Shown: piece by piece, positions 14,677 through 32,205 of the stretch
How the letters are laid out: each line of letters opens with the position of its first letter
Position numbering within the stretch: the stretch's first letter is position 1
DNA from: the human T2T-CHM13v2.0 reference genome, Homo sapiens
Reading direction: 5' to 3' (one strand)
DNA: 64,000 nucleotides
NCBI RefSeq assembly: GCF_009914755.1
Contig: NC_060925.1
Made by a program: the position numbers and the translations under genes
The notes under the pieces: model-generated
The model's database searches: none
What the model saw: the letters and a program-made list of their open reading frames with translations, nothing else
What the model was told of the DNA's origin: nothing

Positions 14677-14994
14677 TTAGCAACAAATTATAAATCATGC
14701 CTTAATTTTCCTCCTCCAATGAACCTTTGTACAAATAAATAAATAAATTTGAGCTGTAACTTTATTTCCCTTTCTGAGCAATGAAACTGCCAAAATGAAT
14801 ATAATGGGATGAAATAAAATAAAGTTAATCTTACTGGAAACATCTAAAAATTGTAAACTGAGTCCTTCTCGATTATAGTCATTAAATGTGATACACTCTG
14901 ATATGCTCATTTTTATAGCATGACTTTCAAAAGTATAATATTTTGTCAACAGACAATCTATTAAACACTGACCAAATCCAAGGTTTGCAAGTGA

Positions 14995-15297
<303 letters not shown>

Positions 15298-16369
15298 GCA
15301 AGTGACATGTTTTATTGCATCTAATAGAAAACCTAATTTGAGTCATTTTTCGCTGAACAATGGAATCATTGCATGGTGATGTGGACAAAGTTCTATAACA
15401 TGACAATTCAGACACCAAAAGCATATTACCAATGTTATAATTAAGAAGTTTCTGATACTGACAAAAAAATGAAGTGAATAAGACAATTTTAATAGATTTT
15501 AATAATTCTAACTACAGTATGTATGATTCTAACTTATGTAAATGAGTTTATGTACATAGACTCATTCATAAAATAACTGCTGGATCACAGAGCTGGGGAG
15601 CTCAGGTTGCTCTGCCTTTAATCTAGCTCTCTGCTTTCTCATCTCCCCATGAATCTGGCAATCTCTTTTCTTTCTCTGCTTAAAGATATTCAGAGATGGA
15701 AGCACCACGCCTTTTTTTGTTAGATCTCAGCATTTCATCATTTCAAAGGGGCAATCACAATTTCTGTTGCTCCAATCTTCTTAAAAGGAAGAGTCTTACA
15801 TGACATGTGCCATACTTTTAATTTTTATTTTAATTAATATATCACAAGACAAATATCATATATTTAACCAGTTTTTGCTTAATTTTTCTTAGGTATTTTT
15901 ATTAACTGCTATGTAGCTGAAATGTGCATTTTTGTTTACTGAATTGTCACCTCCATAAACTAAGGATTTCAGGACATTCTGAGTTTTGCAAAGGGTTCTT
16001 TACAATTTAAGCTTTTCCTTAAATCAGAAAATATTTCTCCCTGTTCTGTGAATTGCATGCCCTCCTCTTCAGACAGATAAGAAAAAAAGCAATCAGATCC
16101 ACAGATAAATAGACACCGGCCTGTTCTCACTGCTTGCCAACCTCACTTTTCACTAAGCACTGAGAAATGTCAACTTGGACAGGGTAGCATTCCTGCACTC
16201 CAAGAAGCAGTGAATTGCTAGTTTTCTTCTCCAGGCTTTCTTTCCCATTCCCTGCAGACATGCACCTAAAAGGATGCTGAGCATCATATCACAGTTCTTA
16301 CAGGAGCTTCCTCTCAACTGTGTATGTCCTTCTGAAGTGAGGTGGGATGGACTCACCAAACAGCTGCGT

Positions 16370-16600
16370 AGAACTGCGTATTGATCAGGAGCTCCAGCTC
16401 TGGAGCTGGACAGCCCAGGTTCACACACTACCACTGCTGGTTTGCTAATGGGGCCATCTTGAGGAAGCTCCTTAAATTTTTCAGACTTCAGTTTCCCCTT
16501 CTCAATTACAGGATGATAAGAATACTCCCCTAACTATGGAGTTATTCTAAGAATTTCATGAGGTAATTAATGAAAACTGCCTGGCATTAAGTAAACCCTG
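16370..16600 (+). mobile_element. MIR remnant
   Basis: gctctggagctggacagcccaggttca...cttcagtttcccc...ggatgataaga. Confidence 0.6.
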
Positions 16601-17348
16601 ACTGTGTATGCTATTTTTCTTTGTTGGCCCTAAGATTAGGAGACTGCTGCCGAAAACTATATGGCAAATGGGGCAGATGTGATTTGGGATGCCCCTCATC
16701 ATTTTCCATATGGCTCTCCCAGCACTTTTAGGAGGACCTAAGCAGCGAAGTGAAGAGATGATGTGATGTTTCACAAAGCCCAAGATTTTGCTAAACCAAG
16801 AACAGATTGCATGTAGGGTGTGCACAAGCAAAGGCCAAACATTTGATCATCCTTAAGGCTGTTTCTGCCTTGTTAGAGCTTATCTTCAACAAATGACTAG
16901 TGACTTGGAGCAGAACAAGTAACTTCAGAGCAGCAAACTGCAATATGTGATTTCTTTAAAGAAAAGAATAAAAACAATGTTACATCTATATGCATATTTA
17001 AATATAGGGTTTGTAGTTATAGAAAAATGATGCTCACACAACGTGTGTATTTGAAACCTGTCCCAATCTCAAGTACCACATAATGAAGCAGAATTCATAG
17101 TCGGCATCCCAGACACACAGACAAAAAGGAGAAGCCTAAATGTCAGATGATGAAAGGTCTGCAGGTACAAGGGGAGTGGAAGCAAAGGCTCCATAGGGTA
17201 AGTGCTTTGGGAGAAGTAAAACAAATATCTGTCATTGTGTATCTGTGTATGTGTACCTGTCTTTGTCTCTCCCCCGGCAGTCTTCCCTCTGCATGTGTGT
17301 GTTTCTTATTCTATTTATCTGTCTCATTCTGACTTACTCTCTTTTTCA

Positions 17349-17767
<419 letters not shown>

Positions 17768-19727
17768 AAATTTTAGAAGGATACAAGCTCGCATTTAAGA
17801 GAAAAACAAAAGAGCAGGGTAATTCAGATATTCCTGTATCCTGCCTGTGCTTTCCTAGAGACCAAGTTTTGTGAGTTAGTGATTAGTTACATTTCTCAAA
17901 AATTAATCAGAGAGTGTGACTTCTGAAAAATACAGAAGGTAGGAAAGTGGCTGCTTATTTTTAAAATATTTACAATCAAATCAGTCCCTTAGAACCAAAC
18001 AAATAAAAACATCAGTTACATCGTATTACCAAGAGAACAACCCAAAGATCCAAATGGGCGATGGCACATATAATATGAAATTTTAAATTAGAATCCTAGT
18101 TTAAGGATTCATTACTAATATTATGTGTATGATGTGGATAATGGTTGTCAGGTCTTTCTTGGAGGACATGGACATAATGGTTAGAATTTTCACGCTTATT
18201 TACCAAATAGGTTTATGCTGGGCCCAGGAAAAATGGACGTAAGTTCCTAACTCCATTCTTTCCTTGGAACTCAGATTTCCAATGATGTTTGCTGCTTTTA
18301 GCTAATTAAATAACCTAGCTTTTACCTTATCCAACAAAACACATTTTTTCAGGATAGCTGATATTATATATGGTTTAAGGACAACAGTGTGCTTTAATTT
18401 ACACAAAAGGTGGGAATGATTTTATGGATTGCAGATATATATACATTTAGAGTATTTTTCAATCCCAGAAGATGAGTGTCTAATTGCCAAAAAATCAGGA
18501 AATGTGTTTCAAAGTAATGCTTATTTTATACACAGTAGGATTGTTGGAATTTATAAAAGGAAAATGGAATACAAAGGTATTATACTCAAATAAAAAGCAT
18601 ATAGCCTTTCAAATAAGCCAGGTATGGAGCTTGCAGGTGGGGCAGATACCCTGAAGAAAAAGGATGCGGGAGGTCAGGCTTTGAAAAAGCATATTAGTGC
18701 TAGCCACCCTTTGGGCACATTCTCGTCATATAAAAATAGTAACTTCTGGTTCCTGGACACTTTCTATGTCCCAGACATTTGCTATACACTTTATGTATGC
18801 TACTTTATTTCATGCTTTCAAAAACTTATGTAAGGTGAGCATCTCTATTTTATAAGAACTGAGAATCGCTTAGATCTAAGATCCAAGCAGCTTTTTCTTA
18901 GAGAAGACACAGGTACTTCCATGTAATCAGCTAGAAATTGGGTGGGAAAAACTCCTTCCGTTGTACAGCCCTGGGGCTCCCACCAAGTGGGAGAAGTGAC
19001 ACTTCCTTTGGTCATCTGGCATGGGGACTGGGGGATGGTAGGAATCCTCCAGAGTGCTTCTGTTTTAGGAAGACCAGGCAGTAGCTTTGGTTATTAGAAT
19101 GCATTCATTGTTCAACCGTAAACACAAGCAATAAACAACTATACAACTTTGATAGATATTTGTAGGAACTTCATCTGTATACTCACAAATAGAGGGAAAA
19201 TATCTTAAGTGACAAAGAAGAATGTTACTACATCAATAATCCAGTGATCTCCATCATCATAGTGCCTCATCCCAGGTGTAATTGATGTCACCCCAATATC
19301 TCCATTATCATAGTGCCTCATCCTGGATGTAATTGATGTCACCCTTCTGTTCCATGACTCGGACCCAAAAGGAGGGCAGTCTTTAACACTGAATGCGGCG
19401 GGTGTTTCTTCCTAAAACTTGGTTCAGCCAGGGTACTTTCTTACATGCCACTCTTCTAGTGAGATATTCCACTTTCTATATAACTTTTGAACATGACTTT
19501 GAAATCAGAGCTCAGCGCCTTCCTTCTACTTCTTCCTCTCCAGTAAGCAACCTAATCTCTCAACATACTTTTGCCTCTATCGTTGTTTAAAAAATAGTGT
19601 TATTTAAAACCAGTGATGGCTAGTTAGGAACAGTTTGGAAAATAAATGAAAGAACCTTAAATAAACAAATAAACAACTATTATTATCAATCCGCAAGTTG
19701 TAAACACTATTAACATTGTGATCTGCA

Positions 19728-19801
19728 AGTTGAACTATACGAAATTGCTGCTAATAGACTTGTTGACCTCCTCACTCAGCAAATTCGTGTGGTTAAACCT
19801 A
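19728..19801. mobile_element. MADE2-like miniature inverted-repeat (mariner-derived) element
   Basis: About 75 bp with 22-bp imperfect inverted arms gttgaactatacgaaattgctg / cagcaaattcgtgtggttaaac. Confidence 0.65.
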
Positions 19802-21021
19802 AATTTAATATATGTCTTTTTAAAGATTGTTTTGTGTATAGATTTGTGTTTATAAGACTGTGGATATGTCCACACAACTTATCTCTAGGTTGTTTGTGTT
19901 TTGCTGAACATAACATAGAGTACATTTTACCATGCAACTGTTCTTTGCAAACATATTTTTAATTGGGAGTTTCTTTTCAGGCACCCCTTCCTCGGTGCCT
20001 TTGATCTATAGAGCCAGGGTGTCCTTGGTTCCAGGCAGGCATTTATTCAGCAGTAAATATTAACCACTTACTAATCAAAAATATCACTTAAGCCAGCAGG
20101 AAAAAGCTGTATTCACTCAGGACATTTGATCATTTTCTGAAAGATTTTTTTACAAGAAAAACTTGAGGGAATCCAATTAAATATGTTGTTTGCCGTACCA
20201 GCAGTATTATATTTCCTGAGAACAGCTGTACAACAGGAATTGCCAAAATTATAATTCATCACATCAAAACTGACCTTTCCAAATATTTAAGAGGTTGAAA
20301 TTTTAGCTACATACAGTTTCAGGAGCTCATTAGATTTTCAAGAGTATATCTAAGAATGTCATGGCTACATTTCAAAATGTGGTATTTGAAGACAGGTGTT
20401 TCTAAATGATGTTATCAGATTTTTAAAAATATTCCAAATCCATTAGTCATTGTTGTGCAATGCAGAGTGCAGCATTCCTTTCTTAGAAAGATACATTTAC
20501 TTTTACGATGGTATAGAGTCTATGAAATCTGGGCAAATACTTATCTAGACTCAAGAGCACATTCAGTTTTTAGCTAAGCTAGATTCTGAAGAATAATTTT
20601 GTTTCTTTCTGTACTGATATAGAGAAGAATCCTGAACTGTTTGTGCAGGGCATCATTTAGCATAGCTCCCCTACATGGTCAAACAAAATTGAGAAAAGCA
20701 AGCATCAGAATATAACTGCCTTTAGAAAATTCACAGTCCACATCTCAGTTTTGACATTTCTGAGTAATCCCATTATAACAGTAATGGTAATATAGTATTT
20801 AACCCAGAACTTTCCAAATTTATTTGAACACCATATCTCTTTCTCGAATATTGTGGAGCCCTCGGACATCCAGTAGAATCTAGGAAATGTTGTAACCGTC
20901 TAGGTAGTGTCTTGTGATTGCTTGAATTTGCCTACTCTAAACCCTATCATCTTAGTCACTTATCAGTTAAAATCCAGACAGTCCTGGTGACTCTCTACAG
21001 TACCAGCAAGGGTGAATTTTT

Positions 21022-21280
21022 GGCCAGGCGTGGGAGCTCACACCTACAATCCCAACACTTTGAGAGGCAGAGGGAGGAGAATTGCTTCAGCCCAGGAGTT
21101 TGAGACCAGCTTGGGCAAGATGGTGAGACCTCGTCTCTACAAACAAATTTAAAATGTAAAAAATTAGCCAGGCATAGTGGCGCATGTCTGTAGTCCCAGC
21201 TACCCAGGAGACTGAGGGAGGAGGATTACTTCAGTCCAGGGGTTCTAGGCTGCAATGAGCTGTGATGGCACCACTGCATT
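21022..21280 (+). mobile_element. AluJ lacking its 3' end and tail
   Basis: Dimer ends at ccactgcatt with no poly(A). Confidence 0.88.
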
Positions 21281-22136
21281 TATAAAGACAATAAAATGTT
21301 GGAAAAAATTTAAACCTACAATATGATATTAAAATATCTATAGTTTTTATCATCATACAACACACTGTACGTGGTGTAGAGTTCCAACATTCATTTCTGT
21401 CGCCTTCTTCACACACACATGCTCACAAGTGATGACAGTCTGTACGTAAGATGACCACTGTGGTGTGCCCCTGGAGGTTCCTTTTGTGCCTACTTTAAAT
21501 AGCATTTGGTAAGCCCTTTTTTATTGTTTCCTGGCAGTATTGCTAAGTATCCTGCTCATCCTGTATCTTAGCAGCATTCATCAGTCTTCTCTGCCTGCCG
21601 TTGTTACGTTTCCTTTTTTCTTTTTATCAACTGTGTTTCTAAGGAGTTTTGCTTGGCTGCAGAACACCCAGGGAAGTGCGTACAGTTAAAAACTCCCCAG
21701 GTGTGACTTATTACGTATTTTCCCTGGTCTTAATGTGTATCTGTCTGGGCAGTGATGTGAACTTAAGGGCACATTTGGGGCTTGCAGTCTTTACCCACCA
21801 TGCTGTGAAAGAGATAGACATGTGAATAGAGAGTAGGAGTACTTTTTTTTTCTTTTTTTTTTTTTTTTTTTTTTTTAATGACAAGCAGAGTGGTAAGGCA
21901 CAGAGGAAACTAGAAGCCCAAATGGGAAATGCAAGCTTAGAGAGGCTGATGCAGCTTCAGTCATGGGTGGCCCTGTCTAGTCCGGAGAGAAGCTCAGGCC
22001 TCATCTGCTAGGAGGTTTGTTTTCAAGTCACCTTTTAATTAGAATGTAGTATATGCCCATTTAAAACAAAAACACAACTTGGAAAACAGGAATCTTCGAG
22101 GAAAAATGATATACATTCCTATCACTTAAAAGATAG

Positions 22137-22441
<305 letters not shown>

Positions 22442-22477
22442 GTAAAGATGACATTTAGATGTCATATTTCCTCTCTC

Positions 22478-22793
22478 TTTTTTATGATTTATTTATTTAT
22501 TTATTTATTTTTGAGATGGAATCTCACTCTGTCGCCCAGGCTGGAGTGCAGTGGCGGGATCTTGGCTCACTGCAACCTCCGCCTCCTGGGCTCAAGTAAT
22601 TCTCTTGCCTCAGCCTCCCAAGTAGCTAGAATTACAGGCGCCTGCCACCATGCCCAGCTAATTTTTGTATTTTTAGTAGAGATGGGGTTTTGCCATGTTG
22701 GCCACACTGGTTTTGAATTCCTGACCTCGGGTGATCCACTGGCCTCAGCCTCCCAAAGTGCTAGGATTACAGATGTGAGCCACTGCGCCTGAC
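22478..22793 (-). mobile_element. AluSx-like
   Basis: Full antisense Alu with (TTTA)n tail; TSD about tcct(c/t)tctcttttt. Confidence 0.93.
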
Positions 22794-24002
22794 CTCCTTT
22801 CTCTTTTTTATAACATATAGTTATTCTATCACTCCTCTGAGGTAAATTACTGGTTTTTAACTTCAGGCTGTGCATGAAAAGACCAAGGCCCTGAGTCTGG
22901 ACTGCCTGAAGTCCACACTCAGCCACTGCTGAAGACCCTGGATGGAGACTTCCTGCCATTGCAGTGAACAGTAAAAACGAAACCGATTCTCCAAAGAAGC
23001 AGGTCCTACATATAGAACAAAATATAGCTACTTTCTAGTATTTAAGAATATATCTACCTGCAGACTTTTAAACTGAGCCAATATTGTTACTGATTCTTCA
23101 TTTTCTAATCAATTCCAAAGTGTAATTGATGAGAATGATGGCCCAATTATGGAGAGATATTGGACTGTAAATTTCATAGTGGTCCTTTAAGCTGTTTTTC
23201 TGGTTTGTGGCGGAAGCACCCAAAAGAATATCTTTTATAAGAATCAAAACTACAGGTACATTTTTCCCCTTTAAAATTGGTTTCTCGAACCCCCATAAAC
23301 ACCATTATTTGGTCAAACTCCGTAACATTGGTTTGACCCAAAATAAGAACTACTTATCCCTAGCTTTCACATTCATGTTATGATTTAAGAGAGAGTGAGA
23401 GACGAGTGGGATTCAGGGTGGGGGTGGAGGGAGAGGCTGAGATTCATGGACTATAATTATAAGTCACCTGAGCTGGGGTTGCTGAAAGGTTACCCGAAGA
23501 AAAGGGTGATTAATATTTCCAAGTATCTAAATGGAGCCATCTCTGGCTAAAGAATAGTATTTTAAAGATATTATTTATAAAATCAAGGAGCTTCAGGACT
23601 GGACCTTTTCTTTTGTTATAGATATTTTTTGAACTTTAAAAATTACAGGAAACCATTTGGTGAGTTAGACATTTTTAAAATTATAGTTTTGTGGGAAAAA
23701 TAACAGCATTGACTTTTAGATCTGGATGTGTTTTTCCATGTTAAAGCTACTTACTAAATGGAGCGTGTAGTAGTTTTTACTCAATATGACAGAGTCTTTT
23801 AAAATTCTCTTTGTGAATAATAGTTACTGTTGTTTTCTCAAAATACATTTTTCAAGGATTATCTCCCTCTTAATGCCACAACCTCAGAACCTTGGCCAAA
23901 GATTGTTTTCAGTCCGCCTTTGGTGCAAGACTGTGTTTGAGACCCAAGAGATAATAAATAGATACATCTGTGAACACTACTTTTCTTTCCAAAAATCAGA
24001 TA

Positions 24003-24103
24003 CGTAGGTAGATACATATATAGATAGAAATAGAGATAGATAGGTAGGTATGGGTAGGTAGATAGATAAGAGATAGAGATAGAGAGAAAGAGGGAGAGAG
24101 AGA
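24003..24103 (+). repeat. (TAGA)n/(GA)n simple repeat
   Basis: Read directly from the sequence. Confidence 0.85.
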
Positions 24104-24497
24104 GAATATCCAGTTATGGTGAGGAAATAGGAAACAAAATTGCTACAACTGTTTTGGTAAGTAATCTAGCAGTATGTACCAAAATTTAAGCTATGAATAC
24201 TCTATAACATATAAATCATAATTTTAGGAATATAGAACTAAAAATGGATGTATATATATTATATACACACACAAAAGGATTACTATTGCTATATTGTTTA
24301 TAATAAGAAAAAGGAAGCAACCATAATTCTATAAATAGTAAAAGAATAGGGCACATCCATGCTGAGGTAGATTCACTCTCTCTTACAAAGAGAGAGTTAG
24401 ATTCACAGGCATTGATGAGAAATATATAGTACTGTTTCGTGAGAAGGGCATATGCATAGTCGTATGAGTGGTAGGATAATAGTAAAAGAAATGGGTA

Positions 24498-26696
24498 GAG
24501 ACATACTTTATTTTATTGTGCTTCAGTTCATTGTGCTTCACAGATATTGTGATTTTTACAGATTGAAGATTTGTAGCTTCCCTGCTTCAGCAAATCCATT
24601 GGCAGCATTTTTCCAACCCCAAGTGCTCACTTTGTGTCTGTGTCACATTTTGGTAATTCTTGTAGTATTTCAAGCTTTTTAATTATTATTATATATGACA
24701 TGGTGATCTGGAATCAGTGATCTTTGAGGTTATTGTTGTAATTGTATTGAGATGCCATAAACCACTCCCATATAAAATAGCAAGCTTAATTGATAAATGT
24801 AATTAATGAATGTGTTTTGACTGCTCCACCAACCACCCATTTCTTCATCTCTTTTCCTCTCCTTGCCCTCCACCCCATTTCCTGAGTCACAACAATATTG
24901 AAATTAGGCCAATTAATAGTCTTACAACAGCCTCTAAGTGTTCAAGTGAAAGGAAGAGTTACATGTCTCAGTCAAAAACTAGAAATAACGAAGCTGAGTG
25001 AGGGTGCCATGTGGAAAGCTGAGACAGGCTGAAAGTGATGCCTCTTACACCAAACAGTTAGACAAGTTGTGAATGCAAAGGAAAAGTTCATGAAGGAAAT
25101 GAAAAGTGCTACTCCAGTGAACACACAAATGATAAGAAGGCAAAACAGCCTTATTGCTGATATGGAGGAGAAAGTTTGAGTGTCCTGGCTAGAAGATCCA
25201 GCCAACCACAAGATTCCCTTAATCCATAGCCTCATCTAGAGCAAGGCTTTAACTCTCTTCAATTCTATGAAGGCTGAGAGAGGAAAGGAAGCTGCAGAAG
25301 AAGAATGTGAAGCTAGCAGAGGTTGGTTCATGAGGTTTAAGGACAAAAGCTGTCTATATAATATAAAATTACAAGGTGAAGCAGCAAGTGCAGATCATTG
25401 ATGAAGGTGGCAACACTAAACATCAGATTTTCAGTGTAGATCGAACAGCCTTCTGCTGGAAGAAGATGCCATCTAGGACTTTCAAAGCTAGAGAGAAGTC
25501 AAGGCCTGGCTTTAAAGTTTCAAAGGACAGGCTGACTTCCTTATTAGGAGCTAATGCAGCTACTAGTTAAGTTGAAGGTAACATTCATTTATTATTTCAA
25601 AAATCCTAGGGCCCTGAAGAATTATGTTAAATCTACTTTGCCTGTGCTCTATAAATGGAATAACAAAGCCTGGATGACAGTGCATCTGTTTACAGCCTGG
25701 TATACTGAATATTTTAAGCCTACTGTTGAGAACTACTGCTCAGAAAAAGATTCATTTAAAAATATTACTATTCACTGACAATGCATCTACTCGTCCAATA
25801 GCTCTCATTTGGGTGTACAAGGAGGATATTAATGTTGTTTTCATGCCTGTTAATATAACATCCATTCTGCAGCCCATGAATCAAGGAGCAATTTTGGCTT
25901 TTAAGTCTTACTATTTTAAGAAATACATTTCATAAAGCTATAGCTGCCATAGATTCTTGTGATGGATCTGGGCAATGTCAATTGAAAACCTTCTAGAAAG
26001 GATTCACCATTCTAGATGCTATTAAATACATTCATGATTCTTGAGAGGAGGTAAAAATGTCAACACTAACAGGAGTTTGAAGAAGTAGATTTCAGCCCTC
26101 ATGGATGATTTTGAGGGGTTCAAGACTTCAATGAAGAAAGAATAAATACCATTGTGGTAGAAACAGCAAGAGAACTAGAATTTAAAGTGGAGCCTGAAGA
26201 TGGGCCTGATTTGCTGCTATCTCATGATAAAACTTGGAGGAGGAGTTGCTTGTTATGGATTAGCAAAGAAAGTGGTTTTCTTGAGATGGAATTAACTCTT
26301 GGTGAAGATACTGTGAATATTGTTAAAATGACCACAAAAGATTTAGAATATTACGTAAACTTAGTAAAGCTGCAGCAGCCTTTGAGAGGATTGGTTCCAA
26401 TTTTTAAAAAGTTCTACTGTGGACAAAATGCTGTCAAACAGCATCACATGCAACTTGAGGATGTGATGTATAGCATCACAAGCTACAGAGAAATCTTTTA
26501 CAAAAGAAAGAGTCCATCACTGCAGCAAACTTCATTGTTTCTTATTTGAAAAAATTGCCACAGCCTCCCCAGCTTTTGGCAACCACCACCCTGATCAGTC
26601 AGCACCCATCAACATTGAGGCAAACCCTCCACCAAAAAAAAAAAATTATAACTCTATAAAGGCTCAGATGATTGTTAGTATTTTCTAGCAATAAAG
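24498..26696 (+). mobile_element. Tigger1 DNA transposon, main part, with degraded pogo-family transposase
   Basis: TA followed by a Tigger1 5' end. Transposase fragments such as [36 protein letters not shown] and TSILQPMNQG, broken by stops and frameshifts. Confidence 0.92.
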
Positions 26697-27060
26697 GTTT
26701 TTTTTTATTATACTTTAAGTTTTAGGGTACATGTGCACAACGTGCAGGTTTGTTACATATGTATACATGTGCCATGTTGGTGTGCTGCACCCTTAAATCG
26801 TCATTTACATTAGGTATATCTCCTAATGCTATCCCTCCCCCCTCCCCCAACCCCACAACAGGCCCCGGGGTGTGATGTTCCCCTTCCTGTGTCCAAGTGT
26901 TCTCATTGTTCAGTTCCCACCTATGAGTAAGAACATGCAGTGTTTGGTTTTTTGTCCTTGCGATAGTTTGCTGAGAATGATGGTTTCCAGCTTCATCCAT
27001 GTCCCTACAAAGGACATGAACTCATCATTTTTTATGGCTGCATGGTATTCCATGGTGTAT
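26697..27060 (-). mobile_element. 5'-truncated older L1 (about L1PA4-6), 3' end only, ~360 bp
   Basis: L1 3'UTR with older diagnostics (tcatttacattagg, ggcccc, gtccaagtgt, ttccagcttc). Poly-T at about 26698-26706; followed by aagtattttt, a copy of the Tigger1 target. Confidence 0.9.
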
Positions 27061-27297
27061 AAGTATTTTTTTTTTTAATTTTTTTTTTTTTTATTATACT
27101 CTAAGTTTTAGGGTACATGTGCACATTGTGCAGGTTAGTTACATATGTATACATGTGCCATGCTGGTGCACTGCACCCACTAACGTGTCATCTAGCATTA
27201 GGTATATCTCCCAATGCTATCCCTCCCCCCTCCCCCGACCCCACCACAGTCCCCAGAGTGTGATATTCGCCTTCCTGTGTCCATGTGATCTCATTGT

Positions 27298-31149
<3,852 letters not shown>

Positions 31150-31188
31150 TCATTAGTTGATGCAGTTTCTTCCTAGTCTCGATGGTCT

Positions 31189-32205
31189 TTACATTTTGGC
31201 ATGATTTTGCAGCGGCTGGTACCCGTTGTTCCTTTCCATGTTTAGCGCTTCCTTCAGGAGCTCTTTTAGGGCAGGCCTGGTGGTGACAAAATCTCTCAGC
31301 ATTTGCTTGTCTATAAAGTATTTTATTTCTCCTTCACTTATGAAGCTTAGTTTGGCTGGATATGAAATTCTGGGTTGAAAATTCTTTTCTTTAAGAACGT
31401 TGAATATTGGCCCCCACTCTCTTCTGGCTTGTAAGGTTTCTGCCGAGAGATCCGCTGTTAGTCTGATGGGCTTTCCTTTGAGGGTAACCCGACCATTCTC
31501 TCTGGCTGCCCTTAACATTTTTTCCTTCATTTCAACTTTGGTGAATCTGACAATTATGTGTCTTGGAGTTGCTCTTCTCGAGGAGTATCTTTGTGGCGTT
31601 CTCTGTATTTCCTGAATCTGAACGTTGGCCTGCCTTGCTAGATTGGGGAAGTTCTCCTGGATAATATCCTGCAGAGTGTTTTCCAACTTGGTTCCATTCT
31701 CCCCATCACTTTCAGGTACACCAATCAGACGTAGATTTGGTCTTTTCACATAGTCCCATATTTCTTGGAGGCTTTGCTCATTTCTTTTTATTCTTTTTTC
31801 TCTAAACTTCCCTTCTCGCTTCATTTCATTCATTTCATCTTCCATTGCTGATACCCTTTCTTCCAGTTGATCGCATCGGCTCCTGAGGCTTCTGCATTCT
31901 TCACGTAGTTCTCGAGCCTTGGTTTTCAGCTCCATCAGCTCCTTTAAGCACTTCTCTGTATTGGTTATTCTAGTTATACATTCTTCTAAATTTTTTTCAA
32001 AGTTTTCAACTTCTTTGCCTTTGGTTTGAATGTCCTCCCGTAGCTCAGAGTAATTTGATCGTCTGAAGCCTTCTTCTCTCAGCTCGTCAAAATCATTCTC
32101 CATCCAGCTTTGTTCCGTTGCTGGTGAGGAACTGCGTTCCTTTGGAGGAGGAGAGGCGCTCTGTGTTTTTGAGTTTCCAGTTTTTCTGTTCTGTTTTTTC
32201 CCCAT
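31189..32205 (-). CDS. L1 ORF1p (RNA-binding chaperone), 338 aa, uninterrupted
   Basis: MGKKQNRKTGNSK start, coiled coil, RRM, ARR and YPAKLS motifs; 63-nt spacer to ORF2. Confidence 0.98.
   Translation of the reverse strand: MGKKQNRKTGNSKTQSASPPPKERSSSPATEQSWMENDFDELREEGFRRSNYSELREDIQTKGKEVENFEKNLEECITRITNTEKCLKELMELKTKARELREECRSLRSRCDQLEERVSAMEDEMNEMKREGKFREKRIKRNEQSLQEIWDYVKRPNLRLIGVPESDGENGTKLENTLQDIIQENFPNLARQANVQIQEIQRTPQRYSSRRATPRHIIVRFTKVEMKEKMLRAARENGRVTLKGKPIRLTADLSAETLQARREWGPIFNVLKEKNFQPRISYPAKLSFISEGEIKYFIDKQMLRDFVTTRPALKELLKEALNMERNNGYQPLQNHAKM

Noticed and set aside
19981-20035. Good acceptor ttcttttcag followed by GC-richer sequence
   Set aside because: No convincing donor or recognisable peptide.
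24972-26549. Transposase-like ORFs as a domesticated TIGD-type gene
   Set aside because: Multiple stops, frameshifts and a small internal deletion; an ordinary decayed Tigger1.
26697-27060. Short L1 piece as a 3' transduction carried by the L1HS
   Set aside because: The spacer between the two L1s is a copy of the local Tigger1 target, and the L1HS has its own TSD, favouring independent insertions.
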